Shown here: positions 1-13,076 of the stretch, piece by piece
Numbering within the stretch: position 1 is the stretch's first letter
Layout of the letters: every line of letters starts with the position of its first letter
Assembly: GCF_902713615.1 (NCBI RefSeq)
Contig: NW_024055490.1
Span: 715,262 to 779,261, forward strand
Length of the DNA: 64,000 nt
Direction of reading: 5' to 3'
From: Scyliorhinus canicula
Lineage: Eukaryota
Translations under genes and position numbers: made by a program
The notes under the pieces: generated by a model
Databases searched by the model: none
The model's input: only the letters and a program-made list of their open reading frames with translations
Told to the model about the DNA's origin: nothing

Positions 1-149
1 ATCTTTCCCTGCACTCTCCCCGATCAGATGTTGGCAGACCTCTATGTTTCAAATGACACATTCTGTATTTTCCAGAACAGGTTCTAATGCAGGGGTTACT
101 GTTACAGGGTAAATATTCATAATAACGGAGACAGGGTGTGCAGCAATGA

Positions 150-470
150 TTCATGGAGGGGTGTCCAGAACCAGGGACACAGTCTAAGGATATAGATGAG
201 CAGAAATTTATTGACCTAGAGTGATGAGCCTGTGAAATTATCTCCCACACAAAACAGTTGAGGCCAAAACTTTGTATATTTGCTGGAAGGAATTATATAT
301 ATAGCTCTTGTGGCTTTAGGGATCATAGGATATGGAGGGAAAGCGAGAACAGTTTACTGAGTTGGATGATCAGCCACGATCAGAATGAATGGAAGAGCAA
401 GTTCAAGGGACCGAACGGCCTACTCCTTCACCTATTGTCCATGCTTCTATACCTCTATTGTTCTATGTAA
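150..470 (+). mobile_element. Decayed CR1 3' fragment
   Basis: CR1 3' UTR-like GGCCTACTCCT and TTCTATG tail. Confidence 0.6.
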
Positions 471-720
471 TGCAAGAAAACCTAAATTATATATAAACTG
501 AAACAGGATCTAGTACAGTAATTCCTGACACAGGGTCTAGATTAATATAAACTGAGACAAGGTCAAGTGCAGTGATTTCTGATGGGGGGTGTCTTCAGTA
601 ATGTAAATTTAGACAGGGTTCTAGTACACTCATTGTTGATAGAGCGTTGAGATTACTATAAAGTGGGTCAGATTCTAGTGGCGAAGCGAGACAGGGTCGA
701 TTGCAGGGTCGGCCCAAGAT
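470..720 (+). repeat. Degenerate repeat family (TATAAACTGAGACAGGGTCTAGTGCAG-like); also about 4680-4930, 10580-10800, 22000-22130, 23150-23640, 25100-25440
   Basis: Recurrent ACAGG(G/T)TCTAG and AACTGAGACA cores. Confidence 0.6.
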
Positions 721-929
721 TAATGTTAATCAATGAAGGGCCGAGTGTGGTGTTCACCGTTAAATGGTTGAGATTTTATGCATTAATACATATGTGCATT
801 TTTTTCTGAGCCTTTGTGTTTGTGGCCATTTTCACACCAAAATCCTGCACAAATAATTCCTTTGTTTTATACACCGATTAATGGGATGGAGCATGGGGAA
901 CTTTTCTCTCCACATACCCTGCATTTTTC

Positions 930-1330
930 CTGCTCTGCGAGTACCTGATAGTACGCCAAAAAAGAAGCTTTACTCTGTCCCTTACATGTGCTTTACCTGT
1001 CCTTCGCACGTCAGATGGCGGATGTTGTGGAGGGGGCTTTATTCTGTACTGTACCTGTCCTTCGAGTATTTGAGGGGAGATTGTTAAGGGAAGTTTACTC
1101 AGTAACTAAATCTTTACTGTTGATGCCCTGGGAGTATAAAATGGGACAGGTTTCAGGAAGCTTTATTCTTCATCTCTTCCTGTGATGCATTTGGCCTGAG
1201 AGTGTTTGCTGGTTCAGAGTGCAGGAAGCTTTGCTCTGTATACAACCCCGTCCTGTACCTGACCTGCGAGAATTAGACGGAATAGTTTAGACAAGCAGAG
1301 CGTTACTGAACCTGCCCTTGGAATCCTGAT
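930..1330 (+). repeat. Degenerate ~65-70-bp tandem repeat (CTGTACCTG...GAGTGTTTG...GGGACAG...AGCTTTACTCTGT); also about 9640-9745 and 17680-18200
   Basis: Recurrent CTGTACCTG / AGCTTTACTCTG cores at regular spacing. Confidence 0.7.
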
Positions 1331-1659
1331 GGGACACGGGGAATGGAAAGGTCTGGGACAAATATCTTAATGTCTGTGTAATATATGAAAAGTGGGGAAA
1401 ATTGATGCTCAGGTGATGAAAGGGGCAGGAGCAGAATGTACACAACAGCGACTAAGGGACAGAATACAGTGTACCTGTTAACAATTGTTTCAGATTGGGT
1501 GGGGTACAGAGTGTTATTCTCCAGTGGGTAATATTAGCAGCATTGTTTTTCCTGTTATATATTAATAGACAGGACTCGGGACTCGGGTTCACAGGATATC
1601 AATTCAAAAGTTGCATTTGTATCCCAAATTGACAATGTAGTAAACAGGAAAGAGGATTA

Positions 1660-2130
1660 CGTACATAGATACATAGAAGTTAGGAGCAGGAGGAGGCTTT
1701 TTGGCCCTTCGAGCCTGCTCCGCCATTTATCACGATCATAGCTGATCATCCAACTCAATAGCCTAACCCTGCTTTCTCCCTACAACCATTGATCTCATTC
1801 TCCCCAAGTGCTATATCTAGCCGCCTCTTGAATATATTAAATGTTTTCTGATCAACTATTTCCTGTGCTAATGAATTCCACTAGCTCACCACTCTTTGGG
1901 TGAAGAAATGTCCCCTCAACTCTGTCCGAAATGAATCCTGAATCCTCAGACTATGGCCCCTGGTTCTGGACACACACATCATCGGTAACATCTTCCCTCC
2001 ACCTACCCTGTCTAGTCCTGTTAGAATTTTATAAGTCTCTATGAGCTTCCCACTCATTCTTCTGAACTGCAGCGAGAACAATCCTAACGTAGTCAATCTC
2101 TCCTCATATGGCAGTCCCGCCGTCCCTGGT
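1660..2130 (-). mobile_element. CR1 3' fragment
   Basis: ORF 1881-2096 (LIETYKILTGLDRV...TRGHSLRI) plus a CATAGA tail. Confidence 0.8.
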
Positions 2131-2299
2131 GTTGGAACAAGGATGCATCCAGCCTAGGCTGCAACAGGTCACTGGCTTTTTCATGTCCACAGGCAGATAG
2201 GTGGCAGATAAAATTCAATGCAGAGAAGTGATGCATTAAAACTAAATACTGCGGGGAGGGGGAGGTCGGTTGTATGAAAAATTAGAAAACCAAAGTTAA

Positions 2300-4562
2300 A
2301 AGAGAAGGTGTGAGTGCAGGTTAATGATCAGGACATTAACCAAGTAAAAGGGGCCGAGGGCTCAGGGAGGTTAGTAAAATTTCCAGAACATGTAGGGAGT
2401 GTGGAAAGTGGCAGGTATGCAACTTCAGACACAGCAGAAAAAGGGACAACATTGAAAAGGGATGGTCAACGCAGAACTGAGGGTGTTGTACCTAAATGTG
2501 CGCAGTATAGGGAACAAGGTAAATGAACTCATTGTGCACAATCACAGAGACGTGGCTGGGATCTAAATATCCAAGGATATGTGTCCTATCGAAAGGACAG
2601 GCAGATGGGAAAAGGACGCGGGGTAGCGTTGTGAGTATGGAATGAAATTAACTCGATAGCAAGAAGCAATTTAGGGTAAGAAGGCATATAATCCCTGTGG
2701 GCAGAGTTGATGAAACGTAAAGGAAAAAAGACCCTGATGAGAGTTACGTACAGACCCTTCGCCGTAGTCAGAATGTGGGGCAGAAAATAAATCAAGAGAT
2801 AGAAAATGCATATAAGAGAGGCAATATTACAATAATTTTAGGGGGGTTTCAATATGCAAGTGGACTGAAAAGTCAGGTTGGTAGCAGATCCCAAGAAAAG
2901 GAATTTGTGGAATATCGACGAGAAGTTTTTTTTAGAGCAGCTTGTGATACAGCGCAGTCAGGAACAGGCAATTCTGCATTTGGTGATATGGAGTGAAACT
3001 TGAGTAGTGGACTTAAGGTGAAGGAACCCTCACAGGGCAGTGACCACAATATGATAGAATTCACCTGCAGTTGGGGAGGTAGAAGCTGGAATCAAATGTA
3101 ACGGTATTACAATTGATTAAAGGTAACAACAAAGATAAAGGGCGGAGCTGGCCATAGTTGATTGGATAGGGAGTCGCGCAGGGAAGTCAGTGAATGAAAA
3201 CCGCTTGTTGTCACAAGTAGGCTTCAAATAAAGTTACAGTGAATATCCGCTAGTCGCCACATTCTGGAGCCTGATCGGGAAGGCTGGTACGGGAATTGAA
3301 CCCGCCCTGCTGGCCTGCCTTGGTCTGCCCTAAAGCCAGCTATTTAGCCCAGTGCTAAACCAGCCCCTGCTGCAACAGCAGTGGCAGGACGTTTTGAGAA
3401 ATATTCACGAGGCACGACAAAAATTCATCCCAAGGAGGAGGAACCATGCTAAGGGAGGACAGAGCATCCATGGTTGACAAGGGGAGTCAAGGATAACATA
3501 AAAGCAAAGGAATAAGCAAACAATGTGGCGAAGATTAATGGGATGCCAGAGGATGGGAAAGCCGTTAAAAGCTGATGGAATGTAAAAACGAAAAATGATT
3601 TTTATTATTACTTTTGAACTGAGGGCACTGCTTCCACGTTTTCAGACGATGCAAAGTTACGCCGAGGAACAGGTTGTGCTGAGGGAGCCGAGAGTGTGCA
3701 TAAAGACCTGGTCAGGCTAAGAGAGTGTGCGAAGAAGTAGCAGATGGAATACAATGTAATAAAGTGGGAGGTTCTGCACTTTGGAGGAAACATAGAGTAT
3801 TTTCTAATTGGGGTCGGGCTGAGGAAATCAGAAGCTCAAATGGACTTAGGCATTCTAGTTGAGAATTCTCTTAGGATTAACATGAAGGTTCAGTTGGCAG
3901 CTGGGAAGACAAATGCAGTGTTAGCATCCATGTTGCGAGGGCTAAATTACAGGAACAGGGGTGTAACTGTTGAGGCTCGATAAGGTTCTGGCCAGACGCC
4001 ATTTAGAATATTGTGAGCAGTTTGGTCCCCCTTTCTGAGGAAGGATGTGGTGGCCTTGGAGAAGCTCCAGAGGAGATTCACAAGACTGATCCTCGGAATG
4101 ACAGGCTTGTCATCCTGACATATGAGGAGCGGTTGACGACTCTGGGGCTGCACTGGGTAGAATTTAGAAGGATGAAGTGCTGTGGGGGGAGAGGGGCGCC
4201 GGGGGCCAGGCGGGGGGCCTCATTGAAATTTACAGAATAGTGAGAGGCCTAGTGGATGAAACTAGAACCCGAGGGCACAGCCTCAGATTTAAGGGACGAC
4301 CCTTGAAAACAGAAGAGGAGAAATTTATTCAGCCAGCGGGTCTTGAATCTGTGGAACTCATTCCCGCAGAAGGCTGTGGAGGCAAAATCACTGAGTGTCT
4401 TTAAGATAGAGATAGATAGGTTCTTGATCAGTAAGGGGATCAGGGATTATGGGGAGAAGGCAGGAGAATGGGGATTAGAAATATAACAGTCATGATTGAA
4501 TGCAGAACAGACTCGATGGACCGAAAGGCCGGGTCCCGCTCCTATGTTTTATGATTTTATGG
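2300..4562 (+). mobile_element. Decayed CR1 LINE (APE to RT to 3' UTR), interrupted by a SINE
   Basis: Degenerate CR1 ORF2 pieces (MEYNVIKWEVLHFG, TRGHSLR) and a TTTTATG tail at about 4545-4562. Confidence 0.75.
3191..3367 (-). mobile_element. tRNA-Lys-like SINE (family also at 5596-5715 -, 11471-11657 +, 26708-26891 +, 59214-59390 -)
   Basis: Near-identical ~185-bp copies with head GGGGCTGGTTTAGC..., B box GGTTCGATTCCC and a (TTTCA)n tail. Confidence 0.85.
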
Positions 4563-6044
4563 TAGGAAGACCATCTGTGGACGATTTTAGCATAGATAGG
4601 TGCGTGATTGACATCGCAGATATGGTGGGTGGAAGGACATCTTTCTATACTGTAAAGCTCTCAGACTCCATGACTCTATGACAGGGTCTAAAGCGATGAT
4701 CACTAATACAGGGTGTAGATTAACCAAAATTGAGATTGGATCTTCTGCAGTGATTACTGATACAGGCTCTAGATTAACATGAACCGAGACAGGTTCTAGT
4801 GCAGCGATTACTGACACAAAGTTTGATTAACCTTAAATGAGATAGGATCTAAAGCAGTGATTATTCATACAGTATCTAGAATATTATAAACTGAGACAGG
4901 GTCCATTGCATTGATTCCTGGTCAGGTTCTGGATTAATATATGTGTAAAGAGTTATGAGGCCAGATGATTAAAAACGTGGTTGACGAGGCAGGTTTTAAT
5001 AATAGAATTGAGGTAAAGAGGAGTAGGAAATGAATACCAGAGCTAAAGACCGAGACATATGAAGGCATCGCAAAGTGAACCAAATAATTCTGAAGATAAC
5101 AATACGTCTTGATCGATTGGAGTTGCAAAAATTACGAGAAATGTTTCATATGCACACCTGTACGAACGGTCAATACGTTTTTGCAGCGATTTTAGTTGCT
5201 TTCCTTAACCAGATGAGTGTTTTATGATTGGGTGGACATTTCTCCTATGGGTGCCCACCATTACCATCGCAACGGTACTGTGAGAACACGGTTCTGTCTA
5301 ACTCTGCCAGTGCATCAGGTGATTGGTTAATATAATTCGAGGCAGGAAAATAATCATCATCGTGAAAAAACCTTTCCAATCAATCGAGTATAACACAAGA
5401 GTAAATTCATAATTTTGAACAAAACAGAGATTTCCACTAAATGTTGGAAATTGCAGTGCACCTGTGTTCACATGTAGACATGTCTCACAAGACCAGTTCA
5501 TTACTGGGATGTTGGTAAAATATTCAACTCAATATTGCCCACATGATAGCAGAGCAAATACACATTTAATGCAACTACTTATAGATATTATGAAAATGAA
5601 ATGAAAATCGCTTTATTGTCACGAGTAGGCTTCAATGAAGTTACTATGAAAATCCCCTAGTCGCCACATTCCGGCGCCTGTCCGGGGAGGCTGGTACGAG
5701 AGGCTGGTAACAGGAATTAACATAATCTCAAAATCAACGGTGATTTTACTCGGAGAAACAAGCAAACATGTACAATCATTTCTAATATCGAGAGACAACG
5801 GGAACATGGTCCGGTGTAATATCAACAGAGATAGGCGTTGGTGTGATGTAAAAATACAAATTCCGGTGGAATATAATAGAGGCGGAATTTAATGTAATAT
5901 AATCCCATGCATGTTCTAGCGTATTATTAATTGAGTGCAGCACAAACAGTACAGTGTAGTATAGACAGGGACAGGGGTTACTTTGATAGAAATAAAGACA
6001 GGGTCTCATTTAACATGAGAATAAACAGATTTGATGTAATACAG

Positions 6045-6430
6045 TGACATAGAAAATAGAGCAGGAGTGGACCATTCTGCCCTTCGAGCCTGCTCCGCTA
6101 TTCATTCTGATCATGGTTGATCATCCACCTCAGTAACCTGTTCCCACTTTCCACCACATAATTTGGTCCCTTCAGAGTTTTGATCCCCAAGAGCTATATC
6201 TAACTCCTCCTTGAAAACATATAATACTTTGGACATAACTTTGTTCTGTGGTAGAGAATTCCACAGGTTCACAACTCCCAGGGTGAAGACATTGCTCCTC
6301 ATCTCAGTATTAAATGATTTACCCCGTATCCTTCGACTGTGACCCCTGGTTTTACCTTCCCCGACATCGGACACATCCTTTCTCCATCCGCTCTGTCTAG
6401 TCCTATTGCAATTTTATAGGTTTATAATCA
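6045..6430 (-). mobile_element. CR1 3' fragment (paralog at about 12710-13076 + 14739-14760)
   Basis: TRGHSRRIRG...FTLGVVNLWNSLPQ ORF piece; the same insertion is present in both copies of the tandem duplication. Confidence 0.75.
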
Positions 6431-6767
6431 GAGGGGGGGGGGGGGGCTTAATATTTCATAAATTAGTGTCTTCTGATGTCTGCCCCTCCTGCCAGTGAAT
6501 CAAGTTTCTTCCTAATTAATCAAACAAAACCCTTCATAATTTTGGCCATTTTTACCACTCCTCCCAAAACCTGCTCGGTTCTAACGAAAACAATCCCTGC
6601 TTCCAACCGCTCTGACCGTGCAGCTCATGCAGTGGGAAGGCCCAGTTGTAAATATTTTTCTGCATTGCTTGTGTTCAGATGCTATTTTTGGCATTACTGA
6701 CATTTTATTTGGAGCCAGTGGAACTTCCCATTCACCATTACCATCGTGTCAGAATAAAACGCAAGAC

Positions 6768-6975
6768 GGGGGCAGCACGGTGGTGCAGTGGTTAGCACTG
6801 CTGCCTCACGGCACCCAGGTCCCAGTTTCGATCCCGGCTCTGGGTCCCTGTGCGTGTGGAGTTTCACATTCGCCCCGTGTTTGCGTCCGTTTCGCCCCCA
6901 CATCCCAAAGATGTGCAGTGTAGGTGGATTGCCCCTTGATTGGAAAAAAATAATTGGCTACTCTAAATTTATAAA
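6768..6975 (+). mobile_element. HE1/V-SINE-type SINE
   Basis: tRNA head GGGCAGCACGGTGG..., central TGTGTGGAGTTT...CCAAAGATGTGC domain; absent from the paralogous site in duplication copy 2. Confidence 0.85.
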
Positions 6976-7309
6976 AGAATAAGACACAAAACTAATAACA
7001 GACTAGCCTCTGAAAATTAAATTGACCGATGTAAGGCTGGACCCAGAATTCGAACTTTAGATACACTGAGCAAGATTTCAGAATGTAATGTCAAAATGCA
7101 AAGCTTGAGAGGTCAATAGTCTTGTTTCATTAGAATCAGTATCACCTCTCACAACAGCCTGTGATCCAATGTAGGAGTATTTTTTGTTCAGTTGTTCTAT
7201 CTTTTGGATGTGATGATATTATAGTCGTTTCGCAATATTATTATTGGAGTGGTAATCTGGAGGCCCTCACTATTACTCCAGAGGCAGTACAAATTCCACC
7301 AGGGCATAT

Positions 7310-8020
7310 TGCAATGATGTGAGCAGTTTTGGTCTCCTTAACTAAGGATAGATACTTTGGAGGCAGTCCAGAGAAGGTTCATTGGGCTAATGCATATGGA
7401 TGGATTTTCATAGGTAGCTGGAATTTCACAGCACAGCAAGAATTCCTTCGGCCCATCGTTACTGCGCCTGTCACCAAATAGAGAAGAATCCGGCCCTAGA
7501 TGGTCTTGAACCACAGACCTTTCGGTTTACAGCCAAACACGTTGACAAATTGCACCAAATTGACTGACATGAGGAGAAGTTAAGTACGTTAGACCTCCAA
7601 GCATTGGAGTTTAGAAGAATGAGAGGCGAACTTACTGAGATATATAGTATTCTCAGGGCGCTTGACAGTGCAGATGCTCGAGGTTGTTTCTGCTTGTGGG
7701 AGAGTCTAGGACCATAGGGCACAATCTCAGAGTAAGGTGTCGTTCATTTCAGACGATGATGAAGAGGAATTTATTCTCTCAGAAGGAGTGATTCTATGGA
7801 ATTCTTTGCTGCAGCAAATTGGAGAGGCCGGGTGAATATATATGCTAATTGCTGCGACAGACAGGTGTTTCAACAGTAAGGGAATCAAGAGTTATGGGGA
7901 TAAAGTGGAAAAGTGGAGTTGAGGATTTAATCAGATCAGCCACGATATCTTTGAATGCCAGATCAGATTCCATGGGCCGAATGGCCAACTTCTGCTCCGA
8001 CATCTTATGGTTTTATGGCA
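7310..8020 (+). mobile_element. Decayed CR1 RT/3' fragments (paralog about 15420-16110)
   Basis: GTCCAGAGAAGGTTCA, TTGGAGTTTAGAAGAATGAGAGG and CR1 3' UTR motifs. Confidence 0.7.
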
Positions 8021-9848
8021 GCTGGGGGGCTTTCAATTGAACGAATTAATAAATCAGAAATAAAAATCGTCGTGTCATTCATAATACTCATGAAGCTATC
8101 GAAATTTCCCAAAGCCCAGCAGGTTCACCAATGTCCTTCAGGAGAAGAAATCTTCCCGCCTTACGCTGTCTGGCCTATACGTGACTAGTTCAGCAGTGAT
8201 GTGGTTGATGCTTAACTACCTCTGATATTGCCGACCAAGCCAATCAGCTGAAGAGAGGCTGCTACATAAAGTCAAATGTGAATTCAAACGTCCAAAGTGC
8301 ACCTTATCTAAAAGGTGTTTCACATCCGGCTTCTCAGGATGGACAGGCAATGCTGACGTTACCTGTCTGGATCATAGGCAGGGAATGAATGTTAAAAACC
8401 GTGCAAAGTGCTGCAGAATCCGGAAATGTAAAACAAAAACAAAATTTAAAAAAGGCTGCTCAGCAGGTCAGTGAGCATCAGCAGAGAGAAACAGATTCAC
8501 ATTTCTAGTGGATTGCCTCATTGACGTAATGATAAAGAGCAGAGCTGATTTTCCCAGCATCCTCGACCAGTATTCGTTCTTGAACATAAATCACAGATTA
8601 GTTGGTCACTTATCACATTTCAGTTTGTGGGATCTTGCTGTGCACAAATTACCTGCTATGTTTCCAACATTACAGCAGTGACTAAATTCAGCAAAAATAC
8701 ATCAGTGAGTTGTCAGGGCGTTGGGATGACCGTTGAGTAAAGCGTTTCACAAAAGCAAGCTCTTTCCAAATGTCAACATTTTAAAATGCAGGTTGGAATA
8801 TTTTGAAAGATCTAAGATTCATGTGACTATCGCTCACTCCTCTGCCTGATGTATAAATTTATCTACTTTAAATCGGTTAACATGTCAATCAAATTAGCAT
8901 TCAGTGGAATAACAGCCTGATTGAAGATGCTTCATTAATTGAGACATCAGAACTTTCAGAATTAATACCTAATTCAACTGTATTCTTTATTTCAATTAAG
9001 TAACATCTGTTCTAATGGAGGTTTCTATACATTTTAACAGACTGTAAATATTCTTAAAATAACCCGCTATTTTGAGTTGAAACTAATCAATAAGTGAATG
9101 AGTTTATCTCGTTTTGCTGACATTGTGCCAGTGAGCTGTTTATGTAAATAAACACAGAAATAGAAGGCCCAGTTTAGATTGTAGACTGACAAAAACAAAA
9201 CAACTATTTCCCCGCCGACACAGCACAGAAATAGAGATGAAGATGTAAATAGATTAACGGATTCAAGTAGTAATTGTTTTTGGACATGTGCTTCTTCATC
9301 AGTTATATGAGAAAAATGTCATCATGATATCTATGTTCAGAATGAGGAAAGTTTCCCTTTAATCTCGAAATATTATGACATGCCAAATGTGTTCGTAAAG
9401 TTTTCCTGTGTCTGATATCTGTGTCTTTCTCCCAATTGGTTCCGTCTCATGTCTCTCCACAATGTGTCATTGTCTGTAATCGACAAATTGAAGTCAACAT
9501 GTGCCCAATATATTCTCTCAGCCCGATCACACCCCATTGGCTTCCAACTAAATGGATCTAATCCAATGAATTGGGATACATAGAGAGAGTTTTCCTCCAA
9601 AAGGTGGTTGGAGCATTCAATTACCTTGTAGTGTTTAGTGAGAACTGTAGAGAAAAAATTACTCTGTATCTAACCTGAGCTGCACAGTGTGGTGAGGATT
9701 TGATGTGGCAGTGCCGACGGATCTTTCCCAATATCTGACCAGCCTGACAGAGATAGATAGTTTCTTGATTAATAAGGGGATCGGGGGTTAGGGGGAGAAA
9801 ACAGGAGATAGGCGATTAGAAACACAGCAGGCATCATTGAATGAGGAT

Positions 9849-10066
9849 GGGCAGCACGGCGGCGCAGTGGTTAGCACTGCTGCCTCACGGCGCCGACGTC
9901 GATCCCGGCCCTGGGTCACTGCCCGTGTGGAGTTTGCACATTCTCCCCGTGTTTGTGTGGGTTTCGCCCCCACAACCCAAAAGATGTGCAGGGTAGATGG
10001 ATTGGCCACGCTAAATTGCCGCTTCATTGGAAAAAATGAATTGCTGACTCTAAATTTATTTTTAAA
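9849..10066 (+). mobile_element. HE1/V-SINE-type SINE
   Basis: Same head and central domain; splits a CR1 3' UTR. Confidence 0.85.
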
Positions 10067-10310
10067 AATGTTTGAAGGAGCACACTCGATGGGCCTGATG
10101 ATCTAGTTCTACTCCTGTGTCTTATGGTTTTATGGTACGAAGACCATCTGTTCTTGATCTTAGAATGGATAGGTCCTTGATTGCCATCGCAGATACGATG
10201 GGTGAAGGGTGTCTTTCTGTATTGTAAACCTCTAAGACTCCATGACTCTATAACAAGGTCTTAAACAATTATCACTCATACACGATGGAGATTAACCTAA
10301 ACAAATCCAA

Positions 10311-10585
10311 TAATCGTTATTGCCACAAGTAGGCTTACATTAGCACTGCTATGAAGTTTATGTCAAAAGCTACTAGTCGCAACATTCAGGCGCCTGTTCG
10401 GGTACACAGAGGGAGAATTCAGAAAGTCTAAATTACCTAACAGCACATCTTTTCGGGGCATTTGGGAGGAAACCGGAGCACTTGGAAGAAGCCCACGCAG
10501 ACATGGGGAGAACGTGCAGACTCCGCACAGTGACACAAGTCAGGAATCGAACCTGGGACTACGGTACTATAAAGCAACAGTGGTA
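10311..10585 (-). mobile_element. V-SINE variant sharing its 3' tail with the tRNA-Lys-like SINE
   Basis: GGAAACCGGAGCAC...GGGGAGAACGTGCAGACTCC central domain plus a TTATTG.CACAAGTAGGCTT tail; related pieces at about 25225-25370 (+) and 63492-63758 (-). Confidence 0.75.
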
Positions 10586-11154
10586 CTGAGATTGGATCTA
10601 GTGCAGCGATTACAAATACAGGGTCCACACTAGCATAAACCGAGACAGGTTCTAGTGCAGCGATTACTCATACAAAGTTTGATTTGCCCTAAATTATATC
10701 GGATATAGAGCAGTGATCATTGAATCAGAGTCTGGAATATTATAAACGGAGGCAGGGTCTATTACAGTCATTCCTGCTGCAGGGTCTGGATTGATATATG
10801 TGTAAAGAGTTATTAAATCAGATGATTAAAATCTTTGTCGACGAGGCAGGTTATATGGGATGATTTTAAGAAGGTAATTGAGGTAAATAGGAGTAGGGAA
10901 TGAATACCAGAGCTTAGGGCCGAGAAGCATGAAGACATCGGAAAGTGAAATAATTAATTCTGAAGACAGCATTACATGCTGATGGATTACAGTTGCAAAC
11001 ATTTAGAACAATGTATAGACATCTACACTAACGGTCAATACGTTTTTGCAGTGATTTCAATTGCTCTCCTTAACCAGATGAGTGTTCTATGATTGGGTGG
11101 ACATTTATCCTGTGGGTGCCAATCTGGTGATACTGTGAGACACGGTTCTGTCTA

Positions 11155-12160
11155 ACACTGCCAGTACATCAGCTTCGGATCATCCACTCTGTCTATGCCC
11201 CTCATGATTTTGTAGACCTCTATCAGGTCGCACCTCAACCTCCGTCGTTCCAGTGAGAACAAACCAAGATTATTCAACCTCCCCTCATAGCTAATGCCCT
11301 CCATACCAGGCAACATCCTGGTAAACCTCTTCTCCACCCTCTCAAAAGCCTCCACATCCTTCTGGTATTGTGGCGACCAGAATTGAACACTATACTCCAA
11401 TTGTGGCCCAACGAAGGTTCCATGCAGCTGCAACATGACTTGCCAATTTTTAAACTCTATTCTTCAACCAGGGGCATGTTTAGCACAGGGCTAAATTGCT
11501 GGCATTGAAAGCAGACCAAGACAGGCCAGCAGCACGGTTTAATTCCCGTACCAGCCTCCCCGAACAGGCGCCGGAATGTGGCAACTAGGGGCTTTTCACA
11601 GTAACTTCTTTTGATGCCTACTTGTGGCAAAAAGCGATTTCCATTTCTTTCATTTCAATCAAGGGAAGCATGCCGTATGTCTTCTTGACTACCTTCTCCA
11701 CCTGTATTGCCCCTTTCAGTGACCTGTGGACCTGTACACTAAGACTATCTTACTGTCAATACTCTTGATGGTTCTACCATTCACTGTATATTTGCCGCCT
11801 GTATTAGACCTTCCAAAAAGCATGACCTCACCGTTGTCCGGATTAAACTCCACCGGCCATCTATCCATCCAAGTCTCCAAACGATCTAAATCCTGCTGTA
11901 TCCTCTGACAGTCCTCATCGCTATCCGCAATTCCACCAACCTTTGTAAGAGAGAGTCACTGGACTCGAAACATTAGCACTTTTCTCTCCCTATAGATGCT
12001 GCCAGACCTGCTGAGATTTTCCAGCATTTTTTCTTTCGTCCCATCAACTTTTGTGTCGTCCGCAAACTTACTAATCAGACCAGTTACATTTTCCTCCAAA
12101 TCATTTATATATACCACGAACAGCAAAGGTCCCAGCACTGATCCCTGCGGAACACCACGA
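11155..12160 (-). mobile_element. CR1 RT fragment with a nested SINE (11471-11657) and a nested ~95-bp Penelope-like terminal piece (11947-12040)
   Basis: GVPQGSVLGPLLF, FADDTKV and LEYSVQFWSP ORF pieces on the minus strand. Confidence 0.8.
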
Positions 12161-12412
12161 GTCACAACAAGCAAATATATACAATCATTTCTAACATCGA
12201 GACAAGCAACAGGAACATGGTCCGGTGTAATATTAACAGAGCCAGGCCCTGGTGTGATGTAAAGAGACACATTCCTGTAGAATATAAAAGAGGTGGAACT
12301 TAATATAATATAATCATATGCATGGTCTAGTGTAATATTAATTGAGTGTGGCACAAACATAACAGTGTAGTATAAACAGGGACAGGGTTTACTTTAATAT
12401 AAATAAACAGGG

Positions 12413-12655
12413 TTTCCTCCGGGTGCTCCGGTTTCCTCCCACAGTCCAAAGATGTGCGGGTTAGGTGGATTAGCCTTGCTAAATTGCCCGTAGTGTCCTA
12501 AAAAGTAAGGTTAAGGAAGGGAGGGGGGTTGTTGGGTTGCGGGTGTGGGGTGGATGCGTGGGTTTGGGTGGGGTGATCATTGCTCGGCGCAACATTGAGG
12601 GCCGAATGGCCTTTTCTGTGCTGAACTGTTCTATGTTCTATGTTCTATGTTCTAA
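12413..12655 (+). mobile_element. 5'-truncated HE1-type SINE with CR1-type (TTCTATG)n tail
   Basis: V domain followed by a CR1-like 3' end GGCCGAATGGCC...TTCTATGTTCTATG. Confidence 0.8.
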
Positions 12656-13076
12656 ATAAAGACAGGGTATCATTCGACATGAGAAGAAACAGATTTGCTG
12701 AAATACAATGACGTAGAAAATAGAGCAGGAGTGGACCATTCTGCCCCTCGAGCCTGCTCCGCTATTCATTCTGATCATGCTTGGCCATCCACATTAGTAA
12801 CCTGGTTCCATTTTCCCCCGTATCATTTGGTCCCTTTAGAGCTTTGATCCCCAACAGCTTTAACAAACTCCTTCTTGAAAACAGATAATAGTTTGGACTC
12901 AACTGTCCTGTGATAGAGAATTCCACAGATTCACAAATCTCAGGGTGAAGACATTGCTCCTCATCTCAGTCCTTAATGGTTTACCCCGTATCCTTAGACT
13001 GTGAGATCTGGTTCTATCTTCCCCGCCATAGGGACCATCCTTTCTGCATCCGCCCTGTCTCATCCTGTTACAATTT

